From positions 1 through 39,578 of the forward strand of contig JANMSG010000087.1 in the NCBI GenBank assembly GCA_031389065.1: a DNA stretch of 39,578 nucleotides, read 5' to 3'. Positions 16,461-26,064 of this stretch are shown here, one piece after another. Under the pieces are notes generated by a model. It made no database searches, was not told the origin of the DNA, and worked only from the letters and a program-made list of their open reading frames with translations. The position numbers and the translations under genes are program-made. The number at the start of each line of letters is the position of its first letter. Within the stretch, counting starts at the first letter, position 1. This DNA comes from Acidobacteriota bacterium. GTDB taxonomy: Bacteria; Acidobacteriota; Blastocatellia; UBA7656.

Positions 16461-17447
16461 ATGTTAATTAGTGTTGCCATTCCGGCATGGAACGCCGCCG
16501 ATTATCTTCGTGAAGCGCTTGACAGTATTTTGGCGCAAACGCATAAGCCTCTGGAAGTGGTCGTTGTCGATGATGGCTCAACCGACCATACAAGAGAGGT
16601 GTGCCAATCTTACGGCGAGGCTGTGCGATACTTCTATCAAGAGAACGATGGCACGGCAGGCATAGGCGCACGCGAACGCTCGATACGCGAATCTCGGGGC
16701 GAGTGGATAGCCTTTATGGATCACGATGACCGATGGCTTCCGACCAAACTGGAGAAGCAGATTGAAGCCATCAAGGCTTTTCCTGATGCGGGCGTGGTCT
16801 TCACCAGATACAAACAAATAAACGCTCAAGGCAATGGCATAGCTGCGTCGAATTTGCTGCCTGTGTCGGGCAGCACCTTTCGTTTAGAGCCCCACGAAGC
16901 ATTTCATCATCTGTTGCACTCGAATCCTTATTGTCCATCCTCGGCAATTGTGCTGCGTAGCGCCCTGGAAAGCGTCAAGTTGCCGGACAAACAGGTGTGC
17001 GGTGATTGGTCGCAATGGTTCAGCCTCACTCGTCGATACCCCATGATCGTGGTGGATGAATATCTGACGGAATACCGAGTCACCGACTTTCACTTTTGCG
17101 CCAATAAAGAGCAACTGGCGACGAGAATGCGTGCGACCTTGCGACAACAGAAAAAATATTTACAGCAAGATTGCGCCAGTTGCCGAGAAGGTTACAGCGC
17201 GGGGCAAACACATATTGCCAATATTTTTGCTGTCGCTGCACGCACATTTCTGGATCGATACCATGCGCAAGCAAAGTTCGGACAACTCTCTAACGCGCTG
17301 CCTTTCCTGTGGCGCGCGCTGTGCGCTGCTCCTATGGAAGTCTTAAAACCACGTCGCCTTATGGCGGTGTCTAAGAATGGAACTTTAGGAGCATTTCGAA
17401 AAGGTAAGAGCGGTAAGGCAACCCCAAACACTCATGAAGAACGGTGA
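16461..17447 (+). CDS. Family 2 glycosyltransferase
   Basis: MLISVAIPAWNAADYLREALDSILAQTHKPLEVVVVDDGSTDHT and FMDHDDRW (DxD). ATG at 16461 is preferred to the TTG at 16407. Confidence 0.85.
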   Translation: MLISVAIPAWNAADYLREALDSILAQTHKPLEVVVVDDGSTDHTREVCQSYGEAVRYFYQENDGTAGIGARERSIRESRGEWIAFMDHDDRWLPTKLEKQIEAIKAFPDAGVVFTRYKQINAQGNGIAASNLLPVSGSTFRLEPHEAFHHLLHSNPYCPSSAIVLRSALESVKLPDKQVCGDWSQWFSLTRRYPMIVVDEYLTEYRVTDFHFCANKEQLATRMRATLRQQKKYLQQDCASCREGYSAGQTHIANIFAVAARTFLDRYHAQAKFGQLSNALPFLWRALCAAPMEVLKPRRLMAVSKNGTLGAFRKGKSGKATPNTHEER

Positions 17448-17470
17448 TTGATGCAAGGAAAATGTAGCCG

Positions 17471-17491
17471 CCAAGAATGTCTTGGGTTTTT
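17471..17491 (+). terminator. Rho-independent-terminator-like hairpin followed by a T-run
   Basis: CCAAGA (17471-17476), loop ATG, TCTTGG (17480-17485), then GTTTTTAT. It lies 24 nt after the GT2 stop. Confidence 0.45.
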
Positions 17492-17757
17492 ATCGGGACT
17501 GGCTTATGCAAGAACGTAATCTTTACAACCAATCTTCCGATATCTTTTAAGAGGAATTCAGTAGCGTTTACATAGGTGAATCCGCTTTGCCGCGCAAGGT
17601 GCGAATCAATTGGCAAAACTCAAGCAACAAATAACGGCAAACGCTGTGCAGGTGTTGTGGTGATGGTCGGCAGACAGGACGACTAGAGGGCTGACTCAGC
17701 CAAAGGCTTCACACGAGGATGGGTTAACAAGCCTGCTTATCGCTTTAAGTTCCAACT

Positions 17758-18537
17758 TTGCTTTTGAGAGAGGTAGGCGAATCCTGGAGCTGTGAGAGTC
17801 TTTTAGAGGAATTAAGATTGCGCCAGCTACTGAAAAAACTACTTTCGAATAAAAGCAAAAGGCAAATAGAGAAGCTCGTATTGGGGTATCATTCATTTGC
17901 TCCTTCCTTCTCGTCAGCAGGCGAAGACATGATTCTCAGGCATATACTAGGCGCTGATAAACGAGATGGTTTCTATGTAGATATCGGTGCGTTCCATCCG
18001 ATTCACGCCAGCAATACATACTTTTTTTATTTGAATGGATTTAGAGGAATTAATGTAGATGCACGGCCTGGCAGTATGGAATTGTTTAATAAAATCAGGC
18101 CGTATGACATAAATTTGGAATTCGGTGTGTCGAACAAAAATGAAAATTTAAACTATTACTTCATTGATGAAAACTCATCAATGAACAGCTTTTCCAAAGA
18201 GTTTCTAAGCAATCTTGGCATGCTCAAATATGTTAAAAAACAGATAGAAGTGCCAATGTACACATTATCGGAGATACTGGATAAGTATCTGCCGAGCGGA
18301 AAGCCCATAGACTTTTTAAATGTTGATGTAGAAGGATTCGATTACAATGTCTTAGTGTCAAACGATTGGGAAAGATACAGGCCGAAAATTATTGTCGTTG
18401 AGTGTGGCTGTCAGGATGAATCAGAAGCCAGAATATTGAATTATCTTAAAGATAATGAGTATGAAGTATGTGCCCAGAATGTAATCATAATCCACAAGAT
18501 CAATGAATATTTTTTAATAGACAAAAGGCAATCGTAA
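17758..18537 (+). CDS. FkbM-family methyltransferase (start uncertain: TTG 17758, or ATG 17929 as the minimal start)
   Basis: GFYVDIGAFHPIHASNTYFFYLNGFRGINVDARPGSMELFNKIR ... IDFLNVDVEGFDYNVL ... PKIIVVE matches the FkbM (Methyltransf_21) pattern. Very AT-rich: lines 18001 and 18121 each have 17 G+C of 60. Confidence 0.8.
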   Translation: MLLREVGESWSCESLLEELRLRQLLKKLLSNKSKRQIEKLVLGYHSFAPSFSSAGEDMILRHILGADKRDGFYVDIGAFHPIHASNTYFFYLNGFRGINVDARPGSMELFNKIRPYDINLEFGVSNKNENLNYYFIDENSSMNSFSKEFLSNLGMLKYVKKQIEVPMYTLSEILDKYLPSGKPIDFLNVDVEGFDYNVLVSNDWERYRPKIIVVECGCQDESEARILNYLKDNEYEVCAQNVIIIHKINEYFLIDKRQS

Positions 18538-18591
18538 ACGGTAGGACGTAACAGAAACATAGTCGAGCTGCTTTAGCATTTTTTCAGGCTT

Positions 18592-19515
18592 ATGAATCGA
18601 ATACTTGAGGGATTGAACTGGCGTTTCAATAGGATGCGTGACAAAGCCAGTAGAGCGAAATGGTATTGGGTAAACTTGACCGACCGTAAAAGCCCGGTTG
18701 ATAAAGACCCACGTGTAGCCCTTGTCGTGGTCGGGCGTAACGACAACTACGGAGGAGATTTTCGAGGCCGGTTGGATGCTATGCTCGAATGGAATTTGCA
18801 ATTTCCTTTTGCAGAGGCAATCTACATTGAATGGAATCCAATTCCAGATCAACCTTCAGATGCTCCGTGGCTAGTCGAGAAGTTTAAAAATTTGCGTGTC
18901 TATATTGTCAGCCCTGAGCGCCACAAAAAATGTTGCACAAATCTGCGCATGCCTATGATGGAATACTTTGCCAAAAATGTTGGTATTCGCAGGGCTGCCA
19001 GTCCCTGGATTGGCGTAATCAATGCTGATGTCCTATTAGGTTTAGACATGCTGAAAAGCCTGAAGACCTTAAGGACTAACTATGTTTATGGCAGTCACAG
19101 TGTAAATATTCGATGGAATGAAGGAAGCATCCGGCCTGATGATCTTCTTAGTAAAGCAACCCAAATCGGAGAGTTTAGCGCCGATCGTCAATTATTTTCA
19201 GTCAGCGGGAATTTTACCCTTGCTTCAAGAGCGTCCTGGAATCGGGCTCGCGGGTATGATGAGTCTTTGACTGGTGGAAGGGTTTGCTGTGATGCTCATG
19301 GACTGGCACAGTTATATCATTACGGCGATAAAGCACAAGTATTAGGAACGCATTATCATTTGGATCACCCGGAGTCTTGTAGAAATGCGGTACTCGAGCA
19401 TCAAGGACAATATTTTGATCCCTGGACCAATGTACCTTACAACAATAATGAGCAGTGGGGACAAGCCGATGCCCAAGAGCGACTGATCGGAGAACGGACC
19501 TACTATCTTGATTGA
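18592..19515 (+). CDS. Putative GT-A fold glycosyltransferase (galactosyltransferase-like C-terminal motif)
   Basis: VALVVVGRNDNYGGDFRGRL, VINADVLL and SGNFTLASRASWNRARGYDESL. The last resembles the GG-f-x-x-sr-x-x-f-x-x-v-x-G-y-D-E motif of GT2/GalT-like enzymes. Assigned by eye only. Confidence 0.55.
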   Translation: MNRILEGLNWRFNRMRDKASRAKWYWVNLTDRKSPVDKDPRVALVVVGRNDNYGGDFRGRLDAMLEWNLQFPFAEAIYIEWNPIPDQPSDAPWLVEKFKNLRVYIVSPERHKKCCTNLRMPMMEYFAKNVGIRRAASPWIGVINADVLLGLDMLKSLKTLRTNYVYGSHSVNIRWNEGSIRPDDLLSKATQIGEFSADRQLFSVSGNFTLASRASWNRARGYDESLTGGRVCCDAHGLAQLYHYGDKAQVLGTHYHLDHPESCRNAVLEHQGQYFDPWTNVPYNNNEQWGQADAQERLIGERTYYLD

Positions 19516-20785
19516 ATCTTCATCTCGAGTAAGAAAAGTCTCTACGCCTTCTCAGGAAGATCGCTGGCTTCCCCTGAAGCTTACTGCGCATCGCCTCATC
19601 AACTGGACACTTCGTGTCTTTGCCAGCCTGGTTCGCCTACTGCCAGGGTCTTCGCATTTTCTCGGGCTTCCCCAAAAACGAATCTCTGATTTGAAAAAAT
19701 GGGTAGCAGGCAATAGGCGGGAACTCGATTGGATGCAGCGCGTTAAAGGGGCTCATTGTGAAGTAGTGCAACCCTCAATCGCGATGCATCGAACCGTACC
19801 CTTAGGCAATAATGGGAGCGAAATTCATCGCGCTTTCAGCTTGGAACGTTTCCACATACACAATGAAATTACCATTGCCCGACTGCCTCAAGCGCGTATT
19901 CTAGGACCCAGTGGTGTGATCATCACGCAAGATGGCGGTGTTGTTGAAGAATCAACCTGGGGGAATGGTTGGCTGGAAAGAGACCGCCTTTTCACTTCAT
20001 GGAGACTGCCGAAAGTTCAATCCTTAGAAGGACATTATTACACCATTGCCAGTCTATTTGATGATGGTTATGCCCATTGGTTGTTGGATGCGTTGCCTAG
20101 ATTGTTTGCGCTTGAACATCTACCTGTTGATGAGATGAACATCATTGTTTCGCGGCCATTGAATAGCTGGCAACAAGAAAGTTTAGACGCTTTAGGCTTC
20201 AGCAACTTGAATTTAATTCCGCTCAATGATTCTCATTTACAATTAGAGGCTCTGTATTTCCCAAGCTTTGTCGGGGACCCCGGCAATCCACATCCCTGGG
20301 GATGTCAATGGCTGAGGCAGCAGCTGATTAAAAATAATGAGTGCGGTCGAGAGAAAAGACGTATTTACGTCAGTCGTCGCTCAGCGAAAAGGCGAATCTT
20401 GAATGAAGATGAGTTAGAGCCAATTTTACAGCTCCATGGCTTTGAGATTGTGGAACCAGAGCGAATGAATTTTGATGATGAGATTCGTTTGTTCAGCCAA
20501 GCCGAATTCGTAATTGGCCCACATGGAGCAGGCATCAGTAATATTCTTTTTGCTCCATCGGATTGTCGTGTGCTGGAAATTTTTGACCCGCGTCATGTGA
20601 AAGTCAATAATTATGCGTTGGCGAATGTCTTACATCAACCCTATTGGTATCTGCTTGGCAAGGTACCCGATGCGCCAACCTCCCGACATCAGACAAGCGG
20701 TCATGATAATTATTGCGTCTCAGTAAGGGATTTTGTCGGCGTTGTTGAAGCCTTACTAAATTCCAAGAGTTCCCATCGCGCATAA
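19508..20785 (+). CDS. DUF563 / GT61-family glycosyltransferase
   Basis: GYAHWLLDALPRL and RIYVSRRSAKRRILNEDELEPILQLHGFEIVEPERMNFDDEIRLFSQAEFVIGPHGAGISNILF are the hallmark DUF563 blocks. TTG start overlaps the upstream stop. The 75 codons upstream of the first Met are open. Confidence 0.8.
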   Translation: MIESSSRVRKVSTPSQEDRWLPLKLTAHRLINWTLRVFASLVRLLPGSSHFLGLPQKRISDLKKWVAGNRRELDWMQRVKGAHCEVVQPSIAMHRTVPLGNNGSEIHRAFSLERFHIHNEITIARLPQARILGPSGVIITQDGGVVEESTWGNGWLERDRLFTSWRLPKVQSLEGHYYTIASLFDDGYAHWLLDALPRLFALEHLPVDEMNIIVSRPLNSWQQESLDALGFSNLNLIPLNDSHLQLEALYFPSFVGDPGNPHPWGCQWLRQQLIKNNECGREKRRIYVSRRSAKRRILNEDELEPILQLHGFEIVEPERMNFDDEIRLFSQAEFVIGPHGAGISNILFAPSDCRVLEIFDPRHVKVNNYALANVLHQPYWYLLGKVPDAPTSRHQTSGHDNYCVSVRDFVGVVEALLNSKSSHRA

Positions 20786-20799
20786 AAGAAAGGTGATCA

Positions 20800-21753
20800 A
20801 TGGATTCAACGGTCTTGATTACAGGAGGCACTGGCTTCCTTGGTAAACGCTTAGGCTTAGCTTTGGAGAGCAGGAGCAAAGTCTTTTTGACGGGACGAAA
20901 TAATAAGCAAAATATGTTATCTCAACACCTCACAGGGTGTAGGGTTTTGCCTATGGATGTGTCGAATATTGAATCTGTGCGAGATGTTTTTAGCGAAGTG
21001 CAACCGAGTATAGTCATACACGCTGCCGCCACAAAATTTGTTGATCTGGCTGAGCAACAACCTATGGAATGTGTGGATATTAATGTAGTGGGTTCGCAAA
21101 ATGTCGCAAGAGTTGCCATTGAGAAAAAGGTCGAAACTGTCATCGGTATTTCCACAGATAAAGCGACTCCGCCAGTGAGAAATACCTACGGACTCACTAA
21201 AGCTTTGATGGAGAGAGTATTCTGTTCGATGAATGATAAATCGCCGACTAAATTTGCTTGTGTAAGATATGGAAATGTTGCCTGGTCAACTGGATCTGTT
21301 CTGCCGCTGTGGAAAAATATGCACGAAGAAACAGGGGTGATCGGAACCACGGGTCCAGAGATGCGAAGATTTTTCTTCACCGTTGAGGAAGCGGTGAATC
21401 TGGTATTGACCGCCATGAAGAACATTGAAGTTCTCCAAGGAAAGGTGCTTTCCAGATATATGAAAGCGGCTCAAATTAAAGATGTATTGGAATTGTGGGT
21501 GAAGCATAAAGGGGGATCGTGGCAACAGATAGAAGGTCGCCCTGGTGAACGCAACGACGAGTATTTGGTTGGAGAGCTGGAATTACCCTACACCCTAGAA
21601 ACCAGTTATGACGGGATCCGGCATTATGTGATCTCTTTCAACCAAAAAGTTTCTACCCCTATGTTGTCAGCGTTGTCGTCTGCAAATACAGAGCGATTGT
21701 CAGATGAGGAAATTCTACACATTATAAACAACCCGCCCGTTGAGGAACTGTAA
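20800..21753 (+). CDS. Polysacc_synt_2 family NAD(P)-dependent nucleotide-sugar 4,6-dehydratase (PseB/FlaA1/CapD-like)
   Basis: VLITGGTGFLGKRL, VIHAAATKFVDLAEQQPMECVDINVVGSQNV and GISTDKATPPVRNTYGLTKALMERVF (the S-T-D-K-A ... Y-G-x-T-K block). Confidence 0.85.
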   Translation: MDSTVLITGGTGFLGKRLGLALESRSKVFLTGRNNKQNMLSQHLTGCRVLPMDVSNIESVRDVFSEVQPSIVIHAAATKFVDLAEQQPMECVDINVVGSQNVARVAIEKKVETVIGISTDKATPPVRNTYGLTKALMERVFCSMNDKSPTKFACVRYGNVAWSTGSVLPLWKNMHEETGVIGTTGPEMRRFFFTVEEAVNLVLTAMKNIEVLQGKVLSRYMKAAQIKDVLELWVKHKGGSWQQIEGRPGERNDEYLVGELELPYTLETSYDGIRHYVISFNQKVSTPMLSALSSANTERLSDEEILHIINNPPVEEL

Positions 21754-22436
21754 TGTTAAAAATTCGCCACGCCATCATATTAGCTGCTGGCAGAGGTCAG
21801 CGCATGATGCCTTTGACAGAGACGCTGCCTAAACCGATGGCTCCTTACAATGGCTCCACGCTAATTGCGAGGGGCATAGCAGAGATTGCGCGGAAAATTG
21901 AGTATGTGCATATTACTGTGGGATACAAAAAGGCTATCCTTGCGCAACATGTGATTGAACACGGAGCCAGTTCTGTATTCAACACCGAAGGGCAGAGTAA
22001 TTCTTGGTGGATATACAACACTCCTCTCAAATATTTGAATGAACCAATGGGTGTACTAACCTGCGATAATATAGTGGATATAGATTTTGATTTGTTGGCA
22101 CAGGATTATTTAAAACTCGGTGAGCCAGCCTGTATGCTGGTGCCTGTAAAGCCGGTCTTTGGTTTAGAGGGTGATTATATTTTTCATGATCAGCAAGTCG
22201 TCTCAGAGATAAACCGCTTCAAGCCTTCCTCAATTTATTGCTCCGGTATTCAAGTGCTCAACCCACATAAGATTTATGCGATTACGCAGGATGAAGGCGA
22301 CTTTTATGCGGTCTGGAAGCAGCTGATTATTCAAAAACAATTGATGGTTTCATCGGTGTATCCCAAAAGATGGTTTGCGGTTGATACGTTACAAAATCTG
22401 TTTGAATTAAATAACCGGGCAATGGAGACTCAGTAG
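21753..22436 (+). CDS. Sugar-phosphate nucleotidyltransferase (NTP_transferase fold)
   Basis: AIILAAGRGQRMMPLTETLPKPMAPYNG (G-x-G-x-R ... K-P motif). The start overlaps the upstream TAA by 1 nt. Confidence 0.8.
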   Translation: MLKIRHAIILAAGRGQRMMPLTETLPKPMAPYNGSTLIARGIAEIARKIEYVHITVGYKKAILAQHVIEHGASSVFNTEGQSNSWWIYNTPLKYLNEPMGVLTCDNIVDIDFDLLAQDYLKLGEPACMLVPVKPVFGLEGDYIFHDQQVVSEINRFKPSSIYCSGIQVLNPHKIYAITQDEGDFYAVWKQLIIQKQLMVSSVYPKRWFAVDTLQNLFELNNRAMETQ

Positions 22437-22446
22437 CGGAGGAAGG

Positions 22447-23250
22447 ATGACATCCAGGATTACTGAATTAGTATTGGGTGGGCAAGGGCTGATTGGTTCT
22501 GAATTGGTTCACTCCTTACAGCTTGACGGACACAACGTAGTTTCACTTGATTTAAAAAACAACTGTGATTTGCGCCGCGTTGAGAATCACTCTTTTGAAG
22601 AATGTGATCGCGTTTGGTTTTTAGCTTGGGACACCGGCGGCGCAAAGTATATTGGAGCCATAGATAAACAGCATCAGATGTACAAACATAATTGCGAATT
22701 GTCTGCGCGCGTCTTTGATGCGCTGGCGCAAACTCGTCGCCCTTTTATGTTTGTGACTTCGCAGCTTGCAGGGCAACGAAACGCTTATGGTATGACAAAA
22801 CTCATGGCGGAACAATGGGCGTCGCAACTTGGCGGCAAAGTCGCGCGCCTGTGGAACACCTATGGCTGGGAGCATCCCGATACGCGCAGCCATGTTATCA
22901 CTGACCTTGTGCTTTCAGGTTTAACCGAAGGGAAAGTGAAAACGATGACAAACGGCAAAGAGCAGCGGCGATTTATCTACAAAGCCGATTGTATTGCCGC
23001 CTTGCGCAGGCTCTTTGATAGCGAGCAGGTGAGCGGTCACATCGCTGGGCCTGAATGGGTAAGCATCAAACGACTAGCCGATGAGATCGCACTTCAATTA
23101 AATATCGAAGTCGAGTTAGGGCAAAGCGAAGGCGAGGAAGTCCTGATAGACCCTGAGATATTGATACCCGATTGGCAACCTGCCGTGAGTTTGAGCGAAG
23201 GCATAGCGCTGGTGATAACCGAGGCTCGCCAGTACCTGAAGCAACGGTGA
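22447..23250 (+). CDS. Short extended-SDR NAD-dependent epimerase/reductase
   Basis: LVLGGQGLIGSEL (Rossmann), YGMTKLMAEQW (YxxxK), ARLWNTYG. Confidence 0.75.
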   Translation: MTSRITELVLGGQGLIGSELVHSLQLDGHNVVSLDLKNNCDLRRVENHSFEECDRVWFLAWDTGGAKYIGAIDKQHQMYKHNCELSARVFDALAQTRRPFMFVTSQLAGQRNAYGMTKLMAEQWASQLGGKVARLWNTYGWEHPDTRSHVITDLVLSGLTEGKVKTMTNGKEQRRFIYKADCIAALRRLFDSEQVSGHIAGPEWVSIKRLADEIALQLNIEVELGQSEGEEVLIDPEILIPDWQPAVSLSEGIALVITEARQYLKQR

Positions 23251-23274
23251 AGGATTTTGAGTGCGGAAGAAATA

Positions 23275-23991
23275 ATGATTAGCGCAGAGGTAGAAAATTC
23301 CTACAAACCAAAAACTATCTTTCAAAAGCTCAAGCACCTGACTGCCGAGTTGATCGGGCGCCAAAGAGCAAATCGAATCTCTGCGCCTTACTACAACTGG
23401 CTTGCGCGTCGGCAAGCCGAACAGCGATTGTTGACGCTGCCCGAATCCAATTTATTAATTAATCTCGGTTGTGGTTATAGCCCTCTGTCAGGCTGGGTTA
23501 ATGTGGACATCGCCCGAGGCTCGCAGGTTGATATTGTTTGGGATCTGCGAAAGGGCTTGCCTTTTGCGAAGGAGAGTTGTGCAGCGATTTTTAGCGAACA
23601 TGTTATCGAGCATCTTTCAAAAGAAGATGGCGAAAATTTATTGTGTGAGTGTTTCCGCATTTTGCAGCCCGAGGGGGTGTTGCGTCTATCCACTCCAGAT
23701 GCAGGAAAATTTTTGCGCTCGTATGCGAGCGATGGAGAATTTTTGCATCACCCGGAATTTCCCCAACCTATTGAAACGCCGCTCGACAGAATCAATCAAA
23801 TGATGCGCGAGTCCGGTCAACACCTTTGGGTTTATGATGTCGCGTCTTTGCAAGTGCTTTTGCGGCGCGTCGGATTCCACTCAACAACTGAGCAGAGCTT
23901 TGGCAAATCTAACCATCCGCAGATGCAGAGCATTGATAGCGCGGGGCGCGCTTTCGAGAGCTTATACATTGAAGCGGTAAAAGGCGTTTAA
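23275..23991 (+). CDS. Class I SAM-dependent methyltransferase (same architecture as 12714..13514)
   Basis: LINLGCGYSPLSGWVNVDI, FSEHVIEHLSKEDGENLLCECFRILQPEGVLRLSTPD. ATG at 23275 with GGAAG upstream is preferred to the TTG at 23257. Confidence 0.85.
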   Translation: MISAEVENSYKPKTIFQKLKHLTAELIGRQRANRISAPYYNWLARRQAEQRLLTLPESNLLINLGCGYSPLSGWVNVDIARGSQVDIVWDLRKGLPFAKESCAAIFSEHVIEHLSKEDGENLLCECFRILQPEGVLRLSTPDAGKFLRSYASDGEFLHHPEFPQPIETPLDRINQMMRESGQHLWVYDVASLQVLLRRVGFHSTTEQSFGKSNHPQMQSIDSAGRAFESLYIEAVKGV

Positions 23992-23995
23992 TTGG

Positions 23996-24955
23996 ATGTT
24001 GGAAACACCTGTTGCATTCTTAATCTTTAATCGTCCGGAGACCACCGCAAGAGTCTTTGCGGAGATTGCGCGGGCAAAGCCTAAGCGCTTACTGGTAGTG
24101 GCTGACGGACCACGTTCAGACGAAGAAGCAGAGAAATGTGCTGCTGCCAGAGCGATTATCGAAAGAGTAGATTGGGATTGTGACGTTTTGACCAATTTTT
24201 CTGAGGTGAATTTAGGGTGCGGGATTCGCCCGGCTACGGGAATCAATTGGGTTTTTGAAAACTGTGAAGAGGCGATCATCCTTGAAGACGACTGTTTACC
24301 TCACGCCACTTTTTTTCAGTATTGTCTGGAGTTGCTCAATCATTACCGTGAAGATGAACGGGTGATGGCAGTAAGTGGAAATAACTTTCAAAAGGGCAAA
24401 AAACGGGGAAGCCAAGGCTATTTCTTCTCTCGGTATCCACATTGCTGGGGATGGGCAACTTGGAAGAGAGCCTGGCAATACTATGATTATAAAATAGAGT
24501 TGTGGCAGCAAGTAAGAAATTCGACTTGGTTGGCAGATCTACTGGGAAGTCAACATAGCGCCAGCCATTGGGCTGAGGTATTAGACAAAGTATTTGATGG
24601 AGAAAAAAATGATGTATGGGATTATCAATGGATGTTTACTTGCTGGGTTCAACATGGATTGGCAATCATTCCAAACGTGAACTTGGTTTCTAATATCGGT
24701 TTTGGAAGTGACGCAACACACACAAAAGAAGATGCATATGAAATGGCTAATTTAGAAGTACAACCCATGGGATTTCCCTTGACACACCCTGCTTATATAA
24801 CTCCGGATTTTGAGGCAGATCGCTTTGCTTACAGTAATTATTTCGCTAAAGAAAGCTATCGCCTTGGCTTTCCTAAAATCGTGCTGAAGCGAATATTCAA
24901 TTTTCTCCCTGCTTCTTTTCAAGAAAAGGCACTTCAATTCAGATCAAGAAACTAA
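23996..24955 (+). CDS. GT-A glycosyltransferase, GNT-I (GT13)-like
   Basis: PVAFLIFNRPETTARVFAEI and AIILEDDCLPHATFFQYC resemble the GnT-I pattern (v-x-x-x-N-R-P ... E-D-D-l-x-x-x-P-D-F-F-x-Y). Confidence 0.6.
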   Translation: MLETPVAFLIFNRPETTARVFAEIARAKPKRLLVVADGPRSDEEAEKCAAARAIIERVDWDCDVLTNFSEVNLGCGIRPATGINWVFENCEEAIILEDDCLPHATFFQYCLELLNHYREDERVMAVSGNNFQKGKKRGSQGYFFSRYPHCWGWATWKRAWQYYDYKIELWQQVRNSTWLADLLGSQHSASHWAEVLDKVFDGEKNDVWDYQWMFTCWVQHGLAIIPNVNLVSNIGFGSDATHTKEDAYEMANLEVQPMGFPLTHPAYITPDFEADRFAYSNYFAKESYRLGFPKIVLKRIFNFLPASFQEKALQFRSRN

Positions 24956-25134
24956 TTCATCAAAATGATTACCCAACGGGCTGGATTTTTTTGCGGGATG
25001 GCGAACAGATGGCATGAAGTATCTGGCCGGCGAAAAGCTTATGAAAAGTATCCACAGTCTGAATTTCAGAAAGGGGCGCTGGCACATAGAGATTGCAAAT
25101 CTTATGGGTCGGGCAGATAACCGCGCGAGTGATT

Positions 25135-25986
25135 ATGATTAAGAATAGGGCAAAGACAATCCTCGAAATCTTGAATAGTATATTTCTTCAACCTCGAAAG
25201 AGCTTTAGGGTGTTGAGGGGGTTGCCATTGACTGCCCAGGGCTTTGACTATGGTCAAAGATGGCGATCTTCCTCTGAGGGACAAGGTGTATCTTCCGAGA
25301 TTACTAAGAAACCGTTATGCGATTCTTCAAATCCGATGAAGTCGTATTTTGATTCCCACACTGAGGGGAGAGGAATTTGGAAGTGGGCCCACTATCTGGA
25401 CATCTACCACCGTCACTTTAGTAAATTTATAGGGCGCGAAGTTCACGTCCTTGAAATAGGCGTATATAGTGGAGGAAGTCTCCAGATGTGGAAGGAGTAC
25501 TTCGGTCAGAATTGTCAGGTCTATGGTGTAGATATAGAAGAAGCATGCAGGGTATATGAAGATGATCGGACGAAAATTTTTGTGGGCGACCAGGAAGATC
25601 GCAACTTCTGGAAACTCATTAAAACACAAATTCCTAGGGTTGATATTCTAATTGATGATGGTGGTCACCAGCCTAACCAACAAATTGTCACACTAGAGGA
25701 AATGCTCCCGCACCTGCGTCCCGGAGGGTTTTATCTCTGCGAAGATGTGCATGGGAGCGTTAACCAGTTTCACTCTTATATCCATGGACTTGCTGCCCAT
25801 CTTCATTCATCTGTGCGGGGATCCAATGATGAGACGAAGGGAATCGCCTGTAAGCCAACGCCATTTCAAACGGATATTCATTCAATACATTTATATCCTT
25901 TTGTGACTCTCATTGAGAAAACCAATAGCCCGGTCATTCAATTCGTGGCTCCAAAACATGGAACGGAGTGGCAGCCATTTTTATAG
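25135..25986 (+). CDS. Class I SAM-dependent methyltransferase (CmcI / Methyltransf_24-like O-methyltransferase)
   Basis: GIWKWAHYLDIYHRHFSKFIGREVHVLEIGVYSGGSLQMWKEYFGQNCQVYGVDIEE ... ILIDDGGHQPNQQIVTLEEMLPHLRPGGFYLCEDVH. Start uncertain: the frame is open from 25093 (TTG), with in-frame ATGs at 25135 and 25336. The latter gives the usual family length. Confidence 0.75.
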   Translation: MIKNRAKTILEILNSIFLQPRKSFRVLRGLPLTAQGFDYGQRWRSSSEGQGVSSEITKKPLCDSSNPMKSYFDSHTEGRGIWKWAHYLDIYHRHFSKFIGREVHVLEIGVYSGGSLQMWKEYFGQNCQVYGVDIEEACRVYEDDRTKIFVGDQEDRNFWKLIKTQIPRVDILIDDGGHQPNQQIVTLEEMLPHLRPGGFYLCEDVHGSVNQFHSYIHGLAAHLHSSVRGSNDETKGIACKPTPFQTDIHSIHLYPFVTLIEKTNSPVIQFVAPKHGTEWQPFL

Positions 25987-26064
25987 GGATCTGGTGAACC
26001 CGATTTTTCGATCAGTGAAGGCCGCCTTTCGTTCAAACAATCCCTCCATACTCTGAGATTGCTT

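Noticed and set aside
17371-17616. 81-aa minus-strand ORF spanning the 3' end of the GT2 gene and the 17.45-17.6 kb gap (considered as a possible transposase or IS remnant)
   Set aside because: TTG start, no recognisable transposase or integrase motif, and no flanking inverted repeats. Part of it is antisense to a supported CDS.
25080-25097. TGGCAC ... TTGCA, which looks like a sigma54 promoter upstream of the CmcI-like methyltransferase
   Set aside because: The GG-to-GC distance is 14 nt (GG at 25081-25082, GC at 25095-25096) instead of the required 12. It also lies at or inside the open reading frame.
25014-25140. 42-aa ORF (MKYLAGEKLMKSIHSLNFRKGRWHIEIANLMGRADNRASDYD) in the gap before the CmcI-like methyltransferase, with a stop overlapping the ATG at 25135
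   Set aside because: Too short, with no motif and no clear RBS. It could be a remnant or a small coupled ORF, but nothing in the sequence supports calling it.
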